DNA from: a virus
Lineage: Duplodnaviria; Caudoviricetes
Reading direction: 5' to 3' (one strand)
DNA length: 37,835 nt
IMG/VR virus record: IMGVR_UViG_3300032329_000263
Location: 1-37,835 of that record
The notes beneath the pieces are model-generated. The model was not told where the DNA came from and did no database searches. It worked only from the letters and a program-made list of their open reading frames with translations. The position numbers and the translations under genes are program-made. Position 1 is the stretch's first letter, and every line of letters starts with the position of its first letter. Below are positions 32,296-37,835 of the stretch, piece by piece.

Positions 32296-33680
32296 CAAGA
32301 ATACTCCCAAACCCGAATGACACCCTGGAAGCCAGCGCCGCCAGCGTTTCCACTGACCGAACCGCCGCTACCACCACCGCCGTAGCCAGTTGCCGCCACG
32401 CCTGCGTTGCCGCCGGTCCTGCTGAACGCGCCGCCACCTAAGTAGCTACCGCCGCCGATGCCGCCGGTGGAAAAGGTATTGTAAGCCGTGTTTGCACCCG
32501 CGCCTTGGCCGACTATGTTAAGGTCGCCACTGGTCGCCGTGCCGCCCGCGCCGCCGTTGCCCGCTGAAATGCCGCCACCACCGCCACCGCCGGTCGCTGT
32601 CGTTGCGCCGACCGTGAACGTGGTGTTGCCGCCCGCGCCACCATTGGAACCTGACGCGCCAGCCGAACCAGCCGCGCCGATAGCGTAGGTGTACGCCGTG
32701 CTAGGCGTCACGGTGAATAGTTTAACAGACGTGCCGCCGCCCCCACCACCGCCAGCGCCTTGTGACGCGGTGCCTGAGCCTTGCCCGCCACCGCCGCCGC
32801 CGCCGCCGCCTACGGCCTCAACGTAAATGGATGTACAGTTCGCAGGCGTCGTGTAGCTGGTGCCGCTCGTCAACAACTGCGGCGCACGCAATAACCGCCC
32901 GCCCGACGCGCTGGAACTCCACGTCGTGCCGTTGCTGGTCAGCACGTTGCCTGAAGAGCCAGGCGCGACTGTCTGGACGGCGCTCACACCATTGCCGAGT
33001 ATAACCGAATTGGCGGTGATCGTGGACAGACCCGTGCCGCCGTTAGCCGCGCCCAGAGGCGTGGACAAACTGACGATGTTTCCGTTGGTGATCGACCCGC
33101 CGTAGACGATGTTGTTTAGAAGCTGGAACGACGTGCCGTCGTATTCGATCCACGTCAGCTTGCCCGCCTGGATGTCGCCAGCCGTCAGAGCTACGGAGCC
33201 GTTTTTGGTGATCGACTTCGCCGCCAAACCGTCGATGCTGATCGTCGTCGCGCCCGTGTTGCTGTTGGCAGCGATAAAGCTGTACGTTGCGCCGGATGCG
33301 TAGACCGTAATAGCCGGGGTCGCGCTGGCCGCAATGGCGTTCGTGCCGGTGATGCTGCCTAGCAGTGCATTGATGCTGTAAGGATCGTTGATAGCAGGAA
33401 GACCGTCATAAGTCCCCACCAGCACATCTGCTGAAGTCTTGACAATGAATTTATAGAGGGTTCCAACGGCAAGCCAGATTTCATTAGGTGTTCGTCCCGC
33501 AGCGTCAAGGATGATGGGATTCGTGTTGGCGACCGCGCCGGTCGTGGTCGTGTAGGTCGCCAGCGGCGTGGTCGTGCCAGCGGCGTAGGTGAAGACTTTG
33601 CCGCCGGTCAGCGGGTTGCCGTTGTCGTCAAAGAACTGCGCACCAGCGCCAGCAAAGGAAGACAGATTGTAGGCGGTCAT
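32295..33680 (-). CDS. Tail fibre with head-binding-like N-terminus and glycine-rich C-terminal domain
   Basis: QFFDDNGNPLTGGKVFTYAAGTTTP...NTNPIILDAAGR; VEAVGGGGGGG...GAGFQGVIRVWEY. Confidence 0.75.
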   Translation of the reverse strand: MTAYNLSSFAGAGAQFFDDNGNPLTGGKVFTYAAGTTTPLATYTTTTGAVANTNPIILDAAGRTPNEIWLAVGTLYKFIVKTSADVLVGTYDGLPAINDPYSINALLGSITGTNAIAASATPAITVYASGATYSFIAANSNTGATTISIDGLAAKSITKNGSVALTAGDIQAGKLTWIEYDGTSFQLLNNIVYGGSITNGNIVSLSTPLGAANGGTGLSTITANSVILGNGVSAVQTVAPGSSGNVLTSNGTTWSSSASGGRLLRAPQLLTSGTSYTTPANCTSIYVEAVGGGGGGGGGQGSGTASQGAGGGGGGGTSVKLFTVTPSTAYTYAIGAAGSAGASGSNGGAGGNTTFTVGATTATGGGGGGGISAGNGGAGGTATSGDLNIVGQGAGANTAYNTFSTGGIGGGSYLGGGAFSRTGGNAGVAATGYGGGGSGGSVSGNAGGAGFQGVIRVWEYS

Positions 33681-33691
33681 GTTGTGGTGTC

Positions 33692-34309
33692 CTATGCGAT
33701 CTGGGCCACCGTCAGAACGGCGCAAGGTGCGGCAGGGTACGCAGGCGAGCTGCTAGCGGCGGTAGATACCAGTTGAACATATCCGCCAACCGATAGACCA
33801 TACAACGAGAAAGTGTCGCCGGCCGCAAATTGACGCTGAAAGTTTAGCGTTATTACGGCGTACAGCGGGAGGCCCGATAAGCTATACGACGGCGTAATCG
33901 AAATACGCTTGGCCGTGCTGGCTACATCCACGCCGTTGATGCGGAGCCAAAACACCGCGTTTTCATCATAATAAAGGTCTGTTGTCGTCAGTTGAAGCGT
34001 GGCTGTCAGATTGTACACACCCGCCGTTGAGACTGTAAAGACCGAGCTAGCGTTCGTCACGCCGCTGCTGGTTGTCGTGCTCTCAATAGGCACCAGCGTT
34101 GCGGTGTTGCTGGCCCATGTTGGGCTGGTTGAGCCGTAGAACGACCCGTATTTGAGAGGCACGACTGGGTCCGGCGGCACGTAAGGCGTGATCTGCAGGA
34201 CTTGCTCGTAAACGTAATTGAAGAACCGGAACCACTCGCGGGTCATGATCCCGCCGTCATTCTCGGTTACCGGGACACGTGGCGCGGGGATTTGGCTTTC
34301 GCTAGGCAT
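33692..34309 (-). CDS. Tail-associated protein with C1q/TNF-like beta domain (putative)
   Basis: MTREWFRFF N-terminal motif; AGVYNLTATLQL, WLRINGVDV. Confidence 0.5.
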   Translation of the reverse strand: MPSESQIPAPRVPVTENDGGIMTREWFRFFNYVYEQVLQITPYVPPDPVVPLKYGSFYGSTSPTWASNTATLVPIESTTTSSGVTNASSVFTVSTAGVYNLTATLQLTTTDLYYDENAVFWLRINGVDVASTAKRISITPSYSLSGLPLYAVITLNFQRQFAAGDTFSLYGLSVGGYVQLVSTAASSSPAYPAAPCAVLTVAQIA

Positions 34310-35735
34310 TGGTGCCGCTCATGATGATCTGCGCGCCCATGATGTAGATCGGCACCGGGTCCGTGCCGGAGATTTCGTAGACGCGGTCGCGGATTTTCTG
34401 CGTCATGCCCAGCCGACGCCAGAACACGCGCTTGCCATACGTGCCGATAGCGCCCATTGAGGACCAACGCTCGCGGCTCCAAGTGTGCCCGCCGTCGTCG
34501 GAGAAGCGCAGCATTACCTGCGGGTCGCTGCCCTGCCCGTCGTTGAGGCCCACGCCCGACTCGCAGTCAAGCTGCAAGGTGTGGTTGGCCACGCGCTTGA
34601 GGTTGTTCTGGCCGGTCGGCAGCGCCCGCCACGAGCGCAGCCACCGCTGCGTCTGGTCGTCGTCGGCGTAGAGCGTCAGGTCGTAAGCGTAGAGCTTGCC
34701 GTTCTGGTAGTCGCCCACGACGGTGTTGTCGTTGAAGAACATCTGAGTTGAGGCACGCTGGCGGGTAAACGCGCCGTTGTTGAAGCCCGCCCGTTCGTGC
34801 CACGCCTGTGTAGCTACATCGTAGACCCACGTCGCGTTGGCAGACGGGAACGACAGCACGTAGAAGGCGTGGCCGTCTTGCTGGTAGGTGTAGGCCGTGG
34901 CGTCTGCGATGTTGGCGTACTGCTGAATTTGCCACTCAATCGCGTGCGTGCTGACGCGGACGCCCGTGTAGCCGTTGGCGCGGTAGACGATGCCCTTGCC
35001 GCGCGCGTCAGCGCCCAGCCAGAACAAGGCGTTGTCAAGCTTGGCGACCGAGAACGTCGCAGCGCAGCCGATCTCGTTGAACGCGCCTTGGATGCGCTGG
35101 AGTGGGAACGCCGCGCCGCCCGCGTTGTACCAGACCTCAACCGAGTTGCTACCAAACAGCCACACTTCCGAATGGTCCACGATGGACGACACAAGACCGT
35201 CAGGATCGCCTTCGGCGCTGGCGAAGTCTAGCGGATCAATTGACGTGCCGTCTAAAAGTTGCGTCACCCACACCCGTTGACTGTTCGGTTCGATGAAGAC
35301 GAAATAGCCGTCGAGATAGGAGACCGTCACAGCGCCGGCAAAGTCCGGGTCGGTGATCTGCCCATAGGCCAGCGTGCTGCTGTTGTAGATGTAGCTGGGT
35401 CCGTTGCACGCGATGAAGAGCTGCGTGCCGTTGTCGGCCATTGACACCGGGCCGTCGTTGGCGATGTTGCCTAGAAGGGTCGTGTTGTAGCCGGTGTCAA
35501 GGCGATAAAGCTCGTTACCAGACGCGACGTAGGCGTAGCCGCCAAAGGCGTGCAGCCCTCTGATAGGCCCAAGGCCCACCGTGGTCAACCGACGCAAGCC
35601 TGGCGCACGTTGAAGAAACGCAGGCTCCTTGCCGCCCTCTGCCACGATCTCGGGGTAGAGATTGACGCAGCGGTTGTCCGCAGCGTTGACGCTGCGGGCC
35701 ACGTAGCTGCTGCCGAGGATGGGCGACTGCATCAA
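34302..35735 (-). CDS. Tail hub / DNA stabilization protein, P22 gp10-like
   Basis: CVNLYPE, VSMADNGTQL, YLDGYFVF, FASAEGDPD, FSDDGGHTWS, WRRLG. Confidence 0.85.
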   Translation of the reverse strand: MMQSPILGSSYVARSVNAADNRCVNLYPEIVAEGGKEPAFLQRAPGLRRLTTVGLGPIRGLHAFGGYAYVASGNELYRLDTGYNTTLLGNIANDGPVSMADNGTQLFIACNGPSYIYNSSTLAYGQITDPDFAGAVTVSYLDGYFVFIEPNSQRVWVTQLLDGTSIDPLDFASAEGDPDGLVSSIVDHSEVWLFGSNSVEVWYNAGGAAFPLQRIQGAFNEIGCAATFSVAKLDNALFWLGADARGKGIVYRANGYTGVRVSTHAIEWQIQQYANIADATAYTYQQDGHAFYVLSFPSANATWVYDVATQAWHERAGFNNGAFTRQRASTQMFFNDNTVVGDYQNGKLYAYDLTLYADDDQTQRWLRSWRALPTGQNNLKRVANHTLQLDCESGVGLNDGQGSDPQVMLRFSDDGGHTWSRERWSSMGAIGTYGKRVFWRRLGMTQKIRDRVYEISGTDPVPIYIMGAQIIMSGTNA

Positions 35736-36445
35736 TAATTTCCAGCGTAGATTGAATAGCGCTGACGGGTAGCCATGATGCTGTACGGCATCGCCATGAT
35801 GTCGTCAGGGTTGTTGATGCGCTTCAGGTTGCGCTTGGACGCCATCGCGATGCGCGACACCGTGGGCGGCGGCTCAATGCCAAACTCAGGCGCAAACTCG
35901 CACGCCAAATTGTAGCGGAACGCGCGGAGGTAGCCCGGCGGAAAGACCAGCACGGTGGACAGCAGCGCGGGCTGCGTCAGCTCCTCAACCGAAATGAAAT
36001 GCCATTCCAGCACCTTGGTCGGCACCGGGTAGACGTACATTTCAATGTCGGGATAGCTCATATTGAGCCAGATCACCTGCGGGTAGGTGCTGGTCACAGT
36101 CTTGACGGCGATGCCGTCATACTGCTGCTGGTTGATGATCTTGATGCCGTAGGAAATGCCGCTGGCCGGGTCTTTGAAGTATGTTGAGTCGTCCAGCAGG
36201 ATCGGGCGGTTGCCGACAAAGTTGCCGGTCGGGCCAAGCGTGCGCGAGATGAGGCCGGGTGCCCAACTGAACACTTGGTCCTGCGTGGAGAACACCGCAA
36301 GCCGTTCGGTGTTCCACGAGTCAATCATCTGATTGAGCGCCGTTAGCGCGTCCTGCGACGTGGCCGCAGACGGCGTTTCGCCTTCAGCTAGAACGCCGAG
36401 GAGCCGAAGCGCACCATTAATCTGATCGCCCGCTGTCGTTACCAT
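35732..36445 (-). CDS. Head-to-tail adaptor, P22 gp4-like
   Basis: TAGDQINGALRLLGVLAEGETP...ALNQMIDSW...YNLACEFAPEFG. Confidence 0.8.
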   Translation of the reverse strand: MVTTAGDQINGALRLLGVLAEGETPSAATSQDALTALNQMIDSWNTERLAVFSTQDQVFSWAPGLISRTLGPTGNFVGNRPILLDDSTYFKDPASGISYGIKIINQQQYDGIAVKTVTSTYPQVIWLNMSYPDIEMYVYPVPTKVLEWHFISVEELTQPALLSTVLVFPPGYLRAFRYNLACEFAPEFGIEPPPTVSRIAMASKRNLKRINNPDDIMAMPYSIMATRQRYSIYAGNY

Positions 36446-36629
36446 CTGCCGCTATTTCCTCAACCAAAGGACGACGCCCACGTCGTCTGGTGACCAGTTC
36501 GTTCGCCTGCGCAACGGGCTGTTCGCCAGGAGTATAGCGCGTCCAGCCGTTCTCTTCATCATAAATCGCTTCAAGGTCCATCGTGGCGACCTTGGTGCCG
36601 TGGTCCGGGTGACGCAGATAGATGTGCAT
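36417..36629 (-). CDS. Hypothetical protein (70 aa)
   Basis: Likely start MHIYLRHPDHGTKVA after AGGA RBS. Confidence 0.65.
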   Translation of the reverse strand: MHIYLRHPDHGTKVATMDLEAIYDEENGWTRYTPGEQPVAQANELVTRRRGRRPLVEEIAADGNDSGRSD

Positions 36630-36647
36630 AGAATTTCCTGAAAAGGT

Positions 36648-36669
36648 GGCCCCTGCCGAAGCAGGGGCC
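36648..36669 (-). terminator. Rho-independent terminator-like hairpin
   Basis: ggcccctgc-cgaa-gcaggggcc (UUCG loop on minus strand) followed by ACCTTTTC. Confidence 0.6.
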
Positions 36670-36676
36670 GATTTGC

Positions 36677-37093
36677 TTACGAGAGAGCGTAGAGCGCCCA
36701 AGAACCGTCAGCAGTTTTACGCGCGCGAAAGCCGCGCACGGTGCCAGCCGTAGCCGCAATGGTCATAAGACCCTGCGAGCCGCTGCTGCCGATGGACCAA
36801 CCGGTGTTGGTGGTCACGGTGATGACGCCCGCCGTCGTCGTGTTGATGACGCGGAAGTCAAACGTGGAGCCAGGCTTGGCGTTCGTCAGCGAGGCGTCGA
36901 GGTCGGTCGCCAGAGGCAGCGTGTAGGCGGCCGTCGTCGTCGGCGTGCCGATGATGATGCCGTTGGTCAGCTGGGCGACCGTCAGCGTGGCGCTGTCGGT
37001 TGCCGTGGCCGGGACAGCAGCAACGGTGAGTTTAACTTCGTTCAGGTTGCCATCGTTAAACTGATAACCACCGCCAACAGAAGGGAGAGCCAT
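36677..37093 (-). CDS. Capsid decoration/auxiliary protein (putative)
   Basis: 138 aa T/A/G-rich beta protein immediately after coat. Confidence 0.55.
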   Translation of the reverse strand: MALPSVGGGYQFNDGNLNEVKLTVAAVPATATDSATLTVAQLTNGIIIGTPTTTAAYTLPLATDLDASLTNAKPGSTFDFRVINTTTAGVITVTTNTGWSIGSSGSQGLMTIAATAGTVRGFRARKTADGSWALYALS

Positions 37094-37110
37094 GATAAGA
37101 GCCTTTCAAG

Positions 37111-37142
37111 AAAAGGAAAGGCCCCCGGCGTTAGCCGGGGGC
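37111..37142 (-). terminator. Rho-independent terminator after coat gene
   Basis: gcccccggc-gtta-gccgggggc followed on minus strand by CTTTCCTTTT. Confidence 0.7.
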
Positions 37143-37150
37143 GGGTTGGC

Positions 37151-37835
37151 TTAGCCCCAGAGGCGGGTGGCCATCTGCGGGCGGATCGTGCTGTAGCCGT
37201 ACAGCACGTCAATACGACACGGGAGACGGTCGTTGTTGATGTCGTACTGGCGGACAACGCGGAGCGAGATGCCGTTGTGGACCTGACGCGAGGCCATATC
37301 AACACCCTGCGGAAGCAGAAGGTCGGCAGTGGCGAAAGTGATCGCGTCCTTGTGGTACACAAGGTTCTGCGGGTAGTAGGTGCTAGCCGAACCGAGCAGG
37401 GTGACGGCTGCGCCGCTCTGCGGGAACGAGTCAACGGTCGCAAGAGCGTTCGTCGAGGTGTAGATCGCCGGGGAGAACGTGACGCCAGTGAACGCCGTGC
37501 TGGCCGAGGTGACCGTGTTGGTCACAACGAACTGCTGGAGCGAACCAGTGGACTCACGAACCTGCGGGTTGACCGCGTAAACACCGGCAATCGTGAAGAC
37601 ATCGCCGGGGACGAGGGTCTTCGCGTTGGTAGCCGAGGAGAACGAGATCGTGTTGATGCCCTGCGTGGACAGGGTGGACGTGACGGTGAGCGAGTCAGAA
37701 CGCACGGCCGAGCCGGTCAGGAACTGACGGATCGACTGGGACATGTTGACTTCTTCAAGGCCGAGGATGCCTTCGCCCATCATGCCGTTCTTGAACTGGC
37801 GGCTGATGGTGGAGGTCGGGTTGAAGAGACCCTTC
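37151..37835 (-). CDS. Major capsid protein, P22 gp5-like, C-terminal part (joins 1-653)
   Basis: GDVFTIAGVYAVNP, NLVYHKDAITFATADL, CRIDVLYG..IRP motifs of P22-type coats. Confidence 0.9.
   Translation of the reverse strand, partial: KGLFNPTSTISRQFKNGMMGEGILGLEEVNMSQSIRQFLTGSAVRSDSLTVTSTLSTQGINTISFSSATNAKTLVPGDVFTIAGVYAVNPQVRESTGSLQQFVVTNTVTSASTAFTGVTFSPAIYTSTNALATVDSFPQSGAAVTLLGSASTYYPQNLVYHKDAITFATADLLLPQGVDMASRQVHNGISLRVVRQYDINNDRLPCRIDVLYGYSTIRPQMATRLWG
37713..37835. repeat. Terminal direct repeat copy (equals 1-123)
   Basis: Direct comparison of both ends. Confidence 0.95.

Noticed and set aside
32560-32815. (CCG/CCA)n microsatellites
   Set aside because: These are poly-glycine codons of the Gly-rich fibre domain.

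Overview
This window is a complete, circularly permuted genome of about 37,712 bp from a GC-rich tailed phage. Bases 1-123 equal 37713-37835, an assembly overlap that splits the capsid gene. The virion module is P22-like (podovirus) and lies on the minus strand: terS, terL, portal, a fibre gene, scaffold, coat, decoration-like protein, gp4/gp10-like tail proteins, a Gly-rich fibre, three ejection-type proteins, a 3TM holin and a GH108 endolysin. The replication module has a Cas4-like/DUF2800 nuclease, a probable SSB, a family A DNA polymerase and a primase-helicase, with divergent VRR-NUC, C5-methyltransferase and SNF2 helicase genes. Two free-standing HNH endonucleases are present. A repeat-rich non-coding region (9.5-10.45 kb) precedes a plus-strand early/accessory region of small genes. 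No integrase, tRNA or CRISPR array was seen. Three signals stand out: (1) an A-B-A-B array of conserved, covarying double-hairpin elements placed between stop codon and RBS of successive early genes; (2) a C5-MTase whose motif IX and putative target-recognition region lie in an overlapping +1 frame; (3) three early proteins resembling host replication factors (one beta-clamp-like, two DnaA domain IV-like). All product calls rest on motif recognition and synteny; no database searches were run.
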